Below are positions 12,801 through 28,000 of a stretch of 64,000 nt of DNA, piece by piece. The DNA comes from Octopus sinensis. Its lineage: Eukaryota. How positions within the stretch are numbered: position 1 is the stretch's first letter; every line of letters starts with the position of its first letter. Below the pieces are notes generated by a model, which worked only from the letters and a program-made list of their open reading frames with translations, searched no databases and had not been told where the DNA came from. The stretch is from assembly GCF_006345805.1 (NCBI RefSeq), contig NC_043000.1:132742001-132806000 (forward strand). Reading direction: 5' to 3'. A program made the position numbers and the translations under genes.

Positions 12801-15800
12801 TGTGGAGCTTCTTACTAGATTTCCATGGTTTTTATCATGACTAATGAATAAAAACTGACACCTATTACCCTTGTTTCTTGATATATATTCCTGTATGCAA
12901 ATGTCTCAAACTGAAAGAGGTATTATTTTTTAATATGAAACTGATAACAGATAAATCTTCCCTAGAAATAACAACTAAATCTTCTTTAAATCACACCACA
13001 GCATCTTAAATAGGAAAGGATACATAAGGCAATGTAGTCCTAGACACATACCTAAAAACAGATGGGATGTTCAGTTAAAATACCTTCGATCATAAATCTG
13101 CTTGGGGAGGGGGGGCAGGCTTATCCTACGGGTAAACAAATATATTTTTGTAGTGAAATATGAGTTCTCAATGTGAGAGCTGTTATTTCAATACTTCACT
13201 CAATTGGCTTATTACAAAAATTATAAATCAGACACCAAATTGTGAGAGTAAATATTGAAGACAAGGCAAGGTAGTATAATTCCTTAAGAAATAATATCAA
13301 ACTTTATATATACATACCCGGAGATATTTGCCTTTTAAATTTGATAAATCTCCAAGCTTTTTCAATTTAATTTCATATGACTGACCTAGAAAAACACAAG
13401 AAACAAATATCAAAATATTTCTTTCAAATCTTTTAATCTCTAAGACTTACTTCACACATTTGTTTGTTGCAGAATATTTTGAGATTAGGAGTTTTGAGCT
13501 ACTTTTGGGGTTACAAAAAAAACGTTATTTCAGTGTCAAATATTTCAACTATTTGCAAATCCAACTGATGAGAAAGCCTTCATGTGGTTGCCTGAACCAC
13601 TATAAATAGCAGCTAAACCTCCCTTAAATCATAATAAAGGAAGGACACTGAGCAATATGGCCCTAGATAAATAAATATATCTGAGAAGAAAGATGGCTAA
13701 AATGCCTTCACTCACAAGTCTGCTCAACAAAGCTGACTTGGAATTAAGCAACATCAACAATCCCCAATTGCAAAAATGTGTATATGGTTTTCTTCGTCTC
13801 TTTTATCACCACTGTTTTCCATATTGGCATATGAAAAACAGGGATGTTAAATTTACAGCACAAACTCATTTAAATTAATTAGTGAAATTAATTAGATTAT
13901 GAAGTACTTTGGTCTACTTTCATTTTTGCTTTCTTAAGAAATAAGTATATCATATTTCCAGTTCATTGCTATATTTCTAATTAAACACATGCATTTCTTT
14001 ATATTTAAAATATTATCAAGATTTCATACTGATTTCATAAAATGTTTTATTTATTGATATATTGAACAGGTGTTTCATCATGCACAGGAGAAAGTTCTTC
14101 CATTCACCTATTCTGGAATTAATCTCAAAACCACTTTAGTTACAGGTAAGTACAAGTAAAATTTTAAAATACAAAATTATGTGTATGAAATACAAATGTA
14201 ACCATGGGTGGTCTCAGTTGGGTTTGTATAAAAAAAGGTAGAACTAATTTAATATATATCAGGTGAAGCTAAATGGTTTTTTGACTGGTAAACATGTAAA
14301 ATAGCACAGTGGAAACCTGCAAAACTGGAAACAAGAAGGCAAAGGTAAGGCAAATTGCTTGTGGGTCAATGGCCAGCTGTAAACATTAATATGCCAAAAT
14401 GGCATGATTTTGACTCATTTTAGTCTATACAAATTACTACCAATCTAGAAATAGAAATACAAGCTTAGTCCCACTCATGCTAGCATGGAACATGGACATT
14501 AAATGATGGTGATGATGAAGCAAAATATGCTAAAGACCTATGTTCTGAAAGTAGATAAATAATCAAATTTGTCATTGCAAGATTATGAAATTCTCAAAAT
14601 ATGTTTTGTCAAAGCACATGATATAAATAAAACCAGTAAAAAGGGACCTCAATATGGTTGTTTGGTCTGTTATAAATATCCAAGATTCCATATCTCCCTC
14701 AAGTCACATTCTCCTGTTTTAAAAAAAAATGAAGAACACCTTGGAGGGTCATGGCTGGAATGCTTCTGATCTGTAGGTTTGCTTGGTGCTAAACAACAGC
14801 AACCACATAATCTTACTAACCAATGAACTGCTCCTTAGTCAGGAAACAATTATATATCAATATTATATTTTAATCACTTCAACATTTTACAGTGTGCCAC
14901 TTAAAAGCATCATTAGTACTTGCTGTAAAGTGGTTGGCGTTTGGAAGGGTATCCAGTTGTAAAAACCTTGCCAAAACTAACCTCGCCTGTGCTTGTGCTA
15001 CGTAAAAAGCACTCTGCTGGGTGGTTGGTGTTAGGAAGAGCATCCAGTTGTAAAAGTCCTGCCAAAACAGTCACAGAAGTATGGTGCAGGCTTCTGCCTG
15101 GCCAGCTCCTATCAAACCATTCCACCCATGCCAGTATGGAAGGCAGACATTAAATGATGATGATGATTCCTAAACTAAATGAAAATATTTTACTGGGTAC
15201 AAAGGCTTAAACAAAAAGCCCCATTTGGTATGTATATAGGGTAAATCAGACTGGTAGGTTCCAACCCCAATCAGGTTGGAGGCTGAACTTCCCAGTCACA
15301 TTAACTCTGTGTTAGATCAGCTAGAAATAGATCTTGCATAGCTGGCTTAGTTTGCAAAGAAGAAATAGTAGAAAATGACTGAGGCAATACAAAGCCATAC
15401 AGCATACAGAAAGGGATGGATGGTTATAGTTTCAATACCTTTGGCCACCAGTCTTCTTGATCAGAGTTGACTTGGATCTGAATGACAACGATTCATGGCT
15501 ACAATTCCACTAAACTAGTCTGCCTAGTATGTCCCTTGATCCTAAAAACCTTAATCACAACAACCTACATAGCTGTGTTTCCTAGGAGATGCTGAAAAAT
15601 ATCAATCATTCAAAATCCATAACTTATCAGGGTCATTCTGTACTCCTTTTTACCACATCTGATAGACAGACGTACAGTATCATGATACTGGATTACATGA
15701 TGAAGAAGCACCTCATATTCCACCTTCCAACAATTAAGGGAAGTGTGTAGTAGTTTGCAACTGTCCAAATGGCTCCTTTCCTAACACTTGTTAGTTTGTT

Positions 15801-18800
15801 CTGTATATGGAAAACAAAATACCTTTCTATGACATTTCATGACCTCTTTCTCACATTCAGCATCCAACATCCATAATTTTCACCCATAAAGTACAATTGG
15901 AATTGCTAAGAACATTCCAAACTATTTTTTTTTGTTCTTGTTATCAATGATGATGTAAATATTCTTCTTTATATTTACCTTGATTCAAATAAGTAAGGGT
16001 TTCCTCGTTTCTTTTAACAGCAGGTGAGGTTGCAGCTCCAAGAACATACTGGAAACTGAAAAAAAATAAATAAATAGCTTTAAAACTATTTGTTTATCTT
16101 CAGTGTTTGTCATTTACATCATTACCAGTAAAATGAATTTTCTCTCTTGGAATTTTCAAGAAAAATATTTTTGATATATTAAACAGATTTAAGCAGTTGT
16201 GCAAGTACCACATAAAAAAAACCAGTACACTTTGTGAAGTGGATGGCATTAGAATGGGCATCCAGCTGTAGAAGCTATGCTATATCAGACAATTGGAGCC
16301 TGGTGCAACTCTGCAGCTTGCCAGCTCCTGTCAAACAGTCCAACCCATGCCAGCATGGAAAACAGACATTAAATGATGGCTATGATGATGTCTATGATTA
16401 CTATTATCAAATATACTAGCAAGAGATGCCATCTATTAGTATAAATCAATCCTGTAAACTATAATTCCTGAGACTTGAAGAAATAATTATGTAAACAATT
16501 CACAAATTCCTCAAAAGCCTTTCAAGAGAATAATAAATACATAATTATGTAAATAAAACTGAAAACCTGGTTCAAAGATGAGAAAATTTCACATACATTA
16601 ACAAATTTTTAAGTCTACAACACAAAATATTATCAGGCATAGGAGTGGCTGTGTGGTAAGTAGCTTGCTTACCAACCACATGGTTCCGGGTTCAGTCCCA
16701 CTGCATGGTACTTGGGCAAGTGTCTTCTACTGTAGCCTCGGGCCGACCAAAGCCTTGTGAGTGGATTTGGTAGACGGAAACTGAAAGAAGCCCATCGTAT
16801 ATATGTGTGTGTGTGTGTGTATATATATATATTTCAATCCTGTTCACATGGCCAGAGATTCAACACCATACAATCATACAACTTTGAAGAAGTAGAAGTC
16901 AAAATCCCCTACAAATCTAATCTAATCATCTTCAACCCTTTAGCATTTAAACCAGCCATATCCAGCTAGAATATTCTACCTGTTTTAAGTTTAAACCAGC
17001 CAGATTTGACCTCCCACACCTACTCTACAGTATTATTTTACAAGCAAACAAGCACATCATTTGAAATCATGAAGCTACAAGATAATGGAAGATAAATTCA
17101 AAAGAATGTGAATAAATAAGCAAACAGTAATCTGAATGCTAAAGAGTTAAGAAAAAGACACACTGACTATATTGTAGTATGAGGTAAAAAAAGAACAAAA
17201 AACAAATGATAAGATAGCTGCAGTAGGAATACTTTTGATCATAAGTCTGCTCAATTTGGAAGAAAACAAAAACTACTAACACAGCTCACACTGCACATCA
17301 CACATCATCCATTTTCTAGAATAAACTTTATACAGCCTGTTTCTTTTTGACTGGGGACTGGACATAGATTTCAAGACAGAATAACTAGCTTCTAAAAGAA
17401 TTACAGATTTGAGGAAACTTCAACACAATTGTATATCAATTGACCATGTGAAAATTTTATAAAATTTCATTGTTATTCGTACAACAAAATTGATGTCAGA
17501 AGTGAAAAACTGAACTTAGATTTTTATATTTGAAAATTATATATTGTTATTTCATCATAATTTTTACTACTGTTTGTTTTCTTTGATTTATCACCATTAC
17601 ATAAAGCACTATTTGTTCTTCATAATTTAATCAAACTTTCTTATAATAATATTCAGAAAATTTAAGCAAAAACAACCCAAGTCAAAATTCATTAACCCTT
17701 TAGCATTCAAACCGGCCATATCCAGCCAAAATATTTAACCTGTTTTATATTGAAACTGACCAGCTCTCGCCTCTCACCTCAGCCCTACCATGTCATTCTA
17801 AAACTAAAAAAATCACATCACTGAAATCTCTAAACTACAAGATAATGCATGATTAATTCAAACCATTTTAAATAAACAAACATCACATTTGACAGAATAA
17901 TCTGAACACTAAAGGGTTAAAATGTCATACCCACAAATCTTAATACTCCACCAAACTGATCAACAATTAAAGTAGTTGACTAATAATTCTAATTTTGGCA
18001 CAAAGCCAGCAACTTTTAGAAGAAAGGTCAATACCATCGACAGGTACTTATTTTATTGACCCCCAAAAGGATGGAGAACAAAGTCAACATCAATTTGAAC
18101 TCAAAAGAGCTGGACAAAATGCTGTAAAGCATTTTATCTGATGTACTAACAATTCTACCAGCTTACTGCCAAGCTGACTAATAAGTGAAATAGAACTAGT
18201 GCAGGTATTTCTTATTGGCAAAAATGATTCTTCCAAAATATTTCAAAACTTGCATACAAAATTAAAATAACATTTAACTGCTTTATTATAAATTGTATTA
18301 AATTTTGCTTCTTTCACTACTTCTTAATTTGAGCTGAAATTTTAATTAATAAAAAGGGATGGTGATGGTTGGAATACTTTTGTTCCTAGAAATATGATGA
18401 AATTTCTGAAACCATAAAAAAAAAAGTGAGATGGCCACACCCTGAAAATTTGAAAAATATGATTTCCTAAAAAAAAAAAAAAAAGGATTATTCTTTTTGG
18501 ACCTGGCACTTGGAATTTGCATATTTAGTGCAAACATGAAAAACAAAGTGAATAAAACTAATTAGTTTTAGTTTTTCAAAATTTCTATTCATAAAGTAAA
18601 ACACAATAAGAAATGAAAAAAACTAATACACATAACTTAGTAATTAATATACTTGTCTGATACAACAAAATGCTAATACATTAAGATGACCCGACTTCTA
18701 ATCAACATATTGCCCTTACCCTAACTGCTATTCTATGTCATTCCTATGTCTGAATTTACAAGACTGTTTTGCTCAAATAATATATACATATAGATATATA

Positions 18801-21800
18801 AGAAATTATGAAACATGTTTATATTATTAGTTACTATATACTTTTCACCATTATGGTTGCTTGGAACCCTGCATTGGTGTTCAAAGTGCATTTTTGGATG
18901 CTCAACCAGAACAGATCATAAGGGAATACTTAAGTGCATTAAGTTACAGAAATGAGGCTTTGAGTTAAGTTTGCTTCCAGACTAAAATGGTTTGATGTTC
19001 AGCCTTACTGTGGCACTTTGGGCAAATCTTCTATTATAGCCCTGGGTGAACTAAAACCTTGTGAGTGGATTTGGTAGATGGATATCGAAAGAGGCCTTTC
19101 ATGCATGTGTGTGTTTTTGTTTGTGCTACCTTGCCTTGACGTCCCATGATTGCTGTAAACAAATGTCATTCATTTCTAATATTGTGGGGAAAATGTGTAT
19201 GGCCACGGGAAAAATATCAACTTGCTTGGAAACATAAGGACTGGTAACATGAAGGACATATAAAACCCTGCCCAACCCAAGCAAGCATGGAAAAGTGGAT
19301 GTTTAATTTATATGATAAAAACCACAAAAAGCCTTGTGAAATACAGCTTTCCAGGGTTTCCAGACCAAAATGCTAATTTATTTTGCCATTTGCTAGGCTT
19401 TTATAACCCTCCACCTCCTTATCCATCAAGCTGTAAGAATATTTTATGGCTTGCCCCACCCTTCTCAAATATTTCAGTACAACAAAGTAAAAAATATTCC
19501 CTAGCCGTAAAAGCTTCTCACTGCAATAGGGATATTTATTTATTTTTTTTTTTTTTAGTTGTGGTACTGAAAAATTTGTTGCAGCAAGAAATTCATTTAG
19601 CATTTCACAGAATTCAAAGAAACCTCACAAGCACTGGTACCACAATAAAATGAACTCAGTATACTCAATAGGAAGATATGATGGGAGAATGTGTTACCAA
19701 TGTGCCAACCACAAGAATGGTGAGAACACATTCAATATGTTAGCTTCCAGATATTCAGGATATATCAAGAAAAACAGAAAGGTTTAACCATTCTACAAAA
19801 CAAAAATGAAGATGGAATATGCCCTCTACACTTTAACAAGTTTTGTAAAAGGGCATTTAGGGATGATGATAAGATGGATAATATATGGTACAATAACAAT
19901 AGGTTTGATAGTGTAATGTTTAAGGAGGCAATATTTAAACTAGGAGAATCCTTCAAGAATCCAACCTTAAAATTTAGCCCTTTAGCACTTAAACTGGTCA
20001 TATCCAGCCCAAATGTTTTATGTTCAGAATGGCCATATTAAGCCTCTCACACCTACCCGACAATGCCATTTTTAAAATAAACAACCACATATTTGAAATC
20101 TCAAAGCTATGAGATAATACAGGATTAATGTTATAAAATATGAATAAATAAATATTATATTTAACAAAGTAATTTGAATGCTCGAGGGTTAAGCCATAGA
20201 AAAAATTGGTAAACTGACCATCTGTAACTCTTATGTTTTGGACAATGGCATTTGCAAAATCACATCCACAAGTCGTTTCAGAGATGTGCTAAGGAATATA
20301 ACATATTTCATATTATTAATAATGGCATTCCCCTCATCAGGATGTTATACAAAGTTTGTAAACACATCTACATACCAGGACCGGTCGATTGGCAGCGGCA
20401 ATGTGAGATATTATCCTAAAAAATTATATTTATCTAATTTATATATTAATGGATAGGGCCAGAAAATCATGCTAAAAGGTATGTATTAAGGTCTACCAGA
20501 ACTAATATTTTGTTACATGTTAATTTTTATTCCTATATTATTATGAAATTAGATATCCGAGATCAAATCTTATTTATTACACTTATTTTGATTTTTAAAT
20601 ATTTTTAAGAACTTTGAGTGGATCCTACGTGTACAAGCAGGTAATGCATTGGTAAATTTATTCAATATGGAATGATTATAGAGTTTTAATATAATGTATG
20701 CTTCCCTGATGCACAAATTGCACCTTGTGGATCCATTTCTATATGGGGGGGGGGTGCACGCAAGAATAGACCACAATAATCTATATGTAATATCCTTTTC
20801 CTTAACCCTTTCGTTACCAAACTGCCCAAAGCCGCCTGAAAAAAATTTTGGTTAATGTGACTAACCCGCCCGTATTTACCTATTCATATTTAAATGAGAA
20901 TATCAGAGCAAATCTCTTTAGTACATTCATGAAAACACGTGATTATACTTCGTAAACAGTTCATCCACAGTTTTGTACAACAATCGAAGTGTAATTTTAA
21001 TTCCGTGAATTTTGGGAGAAAAAATGGATACGAATTTCATTATATCAAGCAGCGAGTCAGAATTCGAAGGATTTTCTACTGAAGACCTTGATAAATCTAA
21101 CTCTATGACTGAAAAAAAAAAAGCATGTGGTATTTGATAATGAATCTGATGTTTCATTTTCTGAAAGTGAAAACAGTGAATCCGAGAGCTCCGACAGCAA
21201 TAAAGAAAATGAATTGGCACCTGAATGGAGTGAAAATTTAAAAACTGTTTCTTTCGGTGATTTTTCTGAAGAAACTGGACCAAGCCACAGACTTTCCCAG
21301 GAGAGTAAAGCCTTAGACTATTTCTTTTTACTTTTTCGAATGAGCCTATTTGAAATCATTACGGCGGAAACGAACCGTTACGCTAAATGTAAACAAAGCG
21401 AAAGAAAGGATAGTTAGTGGTTTCCCACAACCTTAAATGAAATTAAAACTATTTTGCCATAAATATTATTATGGGTATCAGAAAGTTACCCAGAATAACA
21501 AATTCTATCATAAAATTTTGTTGTATACCCAATTGAATTAGCTAATAACCCATTTTCTATAGCGATGTTTGAACAAAATTTTAATAATTTTATACTTTGT
21601 TGAATTTACCTGTATCTACCTGCAATTAGAGTCACTTTGTGACAAAAATTATAGTATAGAATTGGTTGAGAACATTTCATTAAATTATCTTCCAAAAATC
21701 AGATTAATATATTGATAAATAAAAAAGTTATAGTTGTTTAATGAAACCAGACTAAATTTATGATTATGTTACAAATTAATTGAAACACATAAGGGGTGTA

Positions 21801-21974
21801 TTTTGGTCAGAAATATAGTAACGAAAGGGTTAAGGTTGTTTATATATGTTGCCAATGCCGTTGATGTCTTATATTTGGGATTATTAAAGGAGCTCAGATG
21901 GCTTCTATATCTCTGTTTGAAATCTGTCATATTTCCAATATATATCTTGTTTTAACCATTTGGTGTTTCAATTC

Positions 21975-22011
<37 letters not shown>

Positions 22012-25000
22012 TTATGCTGGCAACAGTTTCTGTTAATCGGGCATATTAAAGGATCTCTACAATTACATTTTTATGGGGCTTACTAATAGTATGATAATAT
22101 TGAAAATATTATGAAAATATTACTTTTTGTATATATATTTACACACATACACATGCAACTTTTACTTGTTTCAGTCATTCAACTGAACCCTTCCACCCCA
22201 TCCAGGATTTACTTTTTAAGTCTGATACTTATTCTATTGGTCTCTTTTGCTGCTGCTGTGGTGGGGTCAAACACAACACAAAAACACACATATACACACG
22301 CACACACATGATGGGCTTCTACCATATCCCCTCACAAAACTTTGATTGATCCGGGAATATGGTAGACAAAACTTGCCCAAGGTACCACAACACAGAAGCA
22401 GAATATCGGACTACTTTTTTTTATATATTTTAGAAAGTTTCTTTGGATGTCTGAACAACAAATTACCTTTTCACAAAAAGCAAAAGAAAAATTCATCTAA
22501 CAAATGTTTTGAATCCTGTTCCTTCTCTGTTTAATCCTAAACTCTAAAGCTTAACCTTGCCCTAAATTATGAATTCATAATCTCCCTGACCTTAATGCAT
22601 GACCTATTTTTTTAGAACCATAAGCTTCTATGCTTAAAACAGAATTCTGAAAAGAATTTTTAAGAAAACAATTTTAAAATAAAAATGTTATGACCATCTG
22701 TTTTCTCTTCAACAGAGTAAGGACAGAATGGAAAGAAAAATCAAAATTTTGGAAAAAAAAAAAAATTGTTTGCAGATTATCATAATCACTGATGCTTAAA
22801 GCCTAAAAATCCGCACACACACACACACGTTACAAGGGCTGTTAACTCCAAAATTCACCAAGTCAGATCACAGTCTCTTTGGAATTGAAAACAGATGCTG
22901 CAGACACAATTTCATCATAATGCAAATGTTGAGTCACTGTGACATTAATCCTCTGGGCTTTCACTCCAGTCAGCACAGGGTATTTCAGTACATGCATGCA
23001 CGTGTGTGTGTCTGTGACAAAGAGAAGGGCAGGAGAACCAACTGTAGATCAGATGTTGTTACTTGACCCACGTTCTGGGGCAAGTTACCACTCATGCTTG
23101 AGAACTCAAAATATAAAGAACCAGCATGATAAAGCAGTTTTCTAGACACACTGTATTTACTCTGTGTGTGTGTGTGTGTGTGCGCACACATGCATGTGAA
23201 TAAATATCGATTTATATGCATATCTATATATGTGAACATCCTATGTACAAAAACGTGTGTATGCAGTGGCTGTGTGGTAAGTAGCTTGTTTACCAACCAC
23301 ATGGTTCCGGGTTCAGTCCCACTGCGTGGCACCTTGGGCAAGTGTCTTCTACTATAGCCTTGGGCCGACCAAAGCCTTGTGAGTGGATTTGGTAGACAGA
23401 AACTGAAAGAAGCCCGTCGTATATATGTATATATATGTATATATGTTTGTGTGTCTGTGTTTGTCCCCCCAACATCACTTGACAACCGATGCTGGTGTGT
23501 TTACGTCACCGTCACTTAGCGGTTCCGTAAAAGAGACCGATAGAATAAGTACTAGGCTTGCAAAGAATAAGTCCTGGGGTCGATTTGCTCGACTAAAGGC
23601 GGTGCTCCAGCATGGCCACAGTCAAATGACTGAAACAAGTAAAAGAGTATATGTGTATCACTGTTCACACAGAGACATGTACAAAGCTAGTCAGTCAAAT
23701 GACTGTTTAGAACAACTGTTTCTGCACCTCCTTTCACCATTCCTCCTCAAATCTTTGGGCTTTCTCTATTTACTTTAACATCATTCCCTACTCTCACTTT
23801 GAAGCTTCAACTACCCCAAACTAGCATTCCTGCAGCTTTCCTGCAATACTCATGGCACATAGGTCTAGTTCAAAAGGTAACAGATACATACATGCATACA
23901 CACTCATAACAAAAACAGTGACATGAAGAGTAGCCTCTCCTAGACCTATGGTAGATGTATCACAGCTAACTTAGAAGGCTGAGTGTTTCTCGTTCAAGAA
24001 CAGGAAATAGCTACTAAATACTTCATCAATAAGAACGATAAGGATACTTCTAAGCATCCGCCTTGTGATACCAAATGAATGTCAATTGCACCAATGTGAT
24101 AGATATCAGCCACATCTCTAATAACTGTCCCAAAATGCCCCATAAGTTACTTATGGGACAAAGCACTGTTGCTAAAACCATTTTCAGTACTATCTGCAAG
24201 AAGATTTGTGCTGAAGTTCATACCAAAGTACACCAGAACCTAAATGTATCCATTCATTTAAAAAATAAGGAATACTGGTTGAACATTTCAATAAAAACAG
24301 CAACCAGGTGCAAACACAAAAGGCCTGATAGTATTCTGTTGAACAGGAAAAGTTCAAGCACAATTGTAAAGGTGAGCTGTCAAATGCTAGTAAATGTCTT
24401 ATCTAAATTGGAGTAAAGATTAACATCTGTAGAGCAATAACAAGAAACTTACAGAACTTATTATACCCAGGTAAGAGACATTTGTTTATACTGGGTCTAT
24501 AAGATATGAATACAGATGGCATATTGGTCTGGGATCAGAGAGCTGAGGAAGAACCTGTGAATCTCTGACAGAACCCAAAACCAGTCATGTTTCACCTTCC
24601 AAAACCTCTCTTAGAAACCCTGCCTATCTACCTTAATAGGTTTGTGTAGTCAATTCACCAAACATGTTTTGAGAAACCAGTTTTAACAGTGGCATTTAGA
24701 AGTAAACTATCACTATTAATAGTAAATATAAAAGGAGCAGGCATGTCTGTGTGGTAAAGAAGCTTGCTTCCCAACCACATTGTTCCAGGTTCAGTCCCAC
24801 TGCATGGCACCATGGACAAGTGTCTTCTACTATAGCTAGCCTTGGACTGACTAAAGCCTTGTGAGTGGATTTGGTAGAATGAAAGTGAAAGAAGCCCATG
24901 TGTGTGTGTGTGTGGATGTGCGCACATGCATGCATGGGCGTATGTTTGTGTTCGTCCCCCATTACCACTTGATAACAGGTTTTGGTGTGTTTATATGACC

Positions 25001-28000
25001 ATAACTTAGCAGTTTGGGCAACAGGATAAGTACCAAGAATAAAAAAAAAAAATACTGTGATTGATTTGTTCCAAATAATATTCTTCAAGGTGGTGTCCCA
25101 GCATAGCTACAGTTTCATAACTGAAACAAGTAAAAGAATAAAAGAATGTATATATATATACCATTGCTGGTGGCACGTAAGAGAACCATCCGAACGTGGC
25201 CGTTGCCAGCGCCGCCTGACTGGCCTCCATGCCGGTGGCACGTAAAAAGCACCATCCGACCGTGGCCATTTGCCAGCCTCGTCTGGCACCTGTGCTGGTG
25301 GCACGTAAAAAGCACCCACTACACTCTCGGAGTGGTTGGCGTTAGGGAGGGCATCCAGCTGTAGAAACACTGCCAGATCAGACCGGGTCTGGTGCAGCCT
25401 TCTGGCTTCCCAGTCTCCAGTTGAACCGTCCAACCCATGCTAGCATGGAAAACGGACGTTAAATGATGATGATGATAGCCATCCAACCCATGCCAGCATG
25501 GAAAACGGACGTTAAACGATGATGATCCCTACTACTTCTTCACCTCTCCCCACCAACTGTTGTAAAGTTTTCCCTTCAACTCCCTCTCTTTATCTCTGTG
25601 AATGTGTGTGTGTGTGTATATAGTGATATATATTGTGATAACAGAAGATAGTATGTGAGCGTGTGCATACAAGCATGTCATGTTTTCAGCGGCCATTGAC
25701 AACTACACAACTTGTAATGCTTTCACTATCCCCCTACCACTGCTTGTCAATTTCAATATTTCTCTCCTGACCCCAACTCACACTAACCCTCACACTATTC
25801 CTCCTACCCTTGAAATATAGCCCAATATACCATTTCAACTTTATAAGTTATAGGATACTAGCAGTATCGCCCAGCGTTGCTCGGGTTTGTAAGGGAAATA
25901 ACTATATAAGCATTTTTAGAGAGTAATAGCAAAAAAATGCATTAAAAATGGAAAAAAAATTATGGTAAATTTTTTTTTTAATCGTTGACTCATAGTAGAC
26001 ATTTTTAGAGAGTTACTTCCCTTATATAATAGCGAAAAAATGCATTAAAATGGGAAAAAATGGTAAATTTTTTTAAAATCGTAGACACGTGCTAATACCC
26101 AGAAGGGCTCGATATGAATCACGACTATAAGATACCCGGTTTTGGTTAAACTGCACCGCAAAATGTGGGAGTACTTATGAATCTAAATCGTAGGAGACAG
26201 ACACACAACTTGACTTTTATATATAAAGATATATATGTACATATGTATGTCTATGCAAGTATAGAAATGTATCACTTGGTTCTCAACCGTGGTCCATATG
26301 GCCCTTGGTGGTGGTGGTGGTGGTGGTGGTGGTGGTGGATCCACAAAAGATTTTGTTGCTAAACTTTATGTGCAGTAAACTAGTTATACTTCTACAATGC
26401 ACAAATATTTAAATTTTTTTTTATACAATTGCTAATAATACCCTTTTACTCTTATTTGTTTCAGTTATTTGACTGTGGCCATGCTGGAGCACTGCCTTTA
26501 GTTGAGCAAAATGACCCCAGGACTTATTCTTTGTAAGCCTTGTACTTATTCTATCAGTTTCTTTTGCCGAACCGCTAAGTTACAGGGATGCAAAAACGCC
26601 AGCATTGGTTGTCAAGCGATGTTGGGGGGACAAACACAGACACACAAACATATATATGTATACATATACAACAGGCTTCTTTCAGTTTCCATCTACCAAA
26701 TCCACTCACAAGGCTTTGGTCAGCCCGAGGCTATAGTAGAAGACACTTGCCCAAGGTGCCACGCAGTGGGACTGAACCCGGAACCATGTGGTTCGTAAGC
26801 AAGCTACTTACCACACAGCCACTACTAAGCCTATTAAATTTTTATAATATTTAATCATAAAAATATAAGAGGATTTTTTTAAACACTGAATAGCTATGGT
26901 GATCTAATAGTGAAGGTGCATGGCTCAGTGGTTAGAGCATCAGGCTCACACTCATGAGGTAGTGAGGTTGTGTTCTTGAGCAAGATACTTTATTTCATGT
27001 TGCTCCAATACACAAAGCTGTAGAAATGAGTTGCAACGTCACTGGTGACAAACTGTGTTGGCCTTTGCCTTTCCCTCGGACAACAGAGGTGGCATGGAAA
27101 AGGGAGAGTGCTGGTCTTCCATAGACAAACTTGCCTGGATGTGCCTAGGAAGTCACTTTCTAGGTGTAATCCTATGGTTATTCATGACTGAGGGGGGGGG
27201 GGAGTGTCTTTACCCTTTTACTCAATAGAATAAAATAGGAATAAAAGTGGGGGCCATAGATACAAAATGGTTGAGAACATCTGGTCTACAGAGAGGCATA
27301 AACTTAACATTACGTCTACATTAACATACACCCCAAACTTTTATTTTACCTTTTTTTTTTTTAAATTAAAGCCTTTATTTTAAAATATCATATATTCTAC
27401 ATAGCAAGAACACATTTTCTATAGACTTGTACCACAAAAGAGAATTAGAATACTTTATGATTCGGTAAATGTGGTATGCATAAATCCAAAACTAATCTTC
27501 AAAAAGAGAAAGATGAAGAAAGAAAAGAAGAGAAAGAAAAAGGTGTAATTATAATAACAAAGTAGTAGAACATGAAAGAGGTAAACAATTATTCGCCAAT
27601 GTCAAGAAGTCAAAAATCCAGGTGTATACAACTGATCCAGGTCTATAAGTTTAAACAGAAAAAAGTAAGTAAAAACAAAAACCCTGAACATTTACATTAT
27701 TTATATTATTTACATTCAACAGATATTTGTCCTCATCTTGTTTGTTAACACTGAAGCCTATAAGGACTGGCCCATTAACTTAATTTCAAATTGTTACAGT
27801 GAAACTTCATCACTGACCAGGTAGCAGTTGTACAAGAATTTTGCCACCTCCAAGAATAAACATTAAAATGAATTCAATAGTTTGTTTTTAAATGGTTAAA
27901 ATGGTTTTCATGATGCATCTAATGACATAAAAGACATGGACATACAGATGTAATCTAATTTTAGTAGAGTATATCCATGAAAAACAGTTTTTAATGCATC

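Larger units (their letters stand above)
20200..21980 (-). mobile_element. Penelope-like element, GIY-YIG end plus pLTR, split by a piggyBac
   Basis: Removing 20806-21833 restores [21 protein letters not shown]...[44 protein letters not shown], typical of a PLE endonuclease. A hammerhead motif lies downstream. Confidence 0.85.
26273..27283. mobile_element. Old hAT-like MITE with nested SINEs
   Basis: Ends tggttctcaacc / ggttgagaaca; TSD not recognisable; contains a (GGT)n tract and two SINEs. Confidence 0.5.

Noticed and set aside
17490-17562. C/D-box-like ATGATGA...CTGA on the host strand (also 22860-22922)
   Set aside because: No terminal stem or recognisable rRNA/snRNA guide; expected by chance in AT-rich DNA.
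18718-18752. 30-nt exon-like segment in intron 2
   Set aside because: Stop codons in all three frames.
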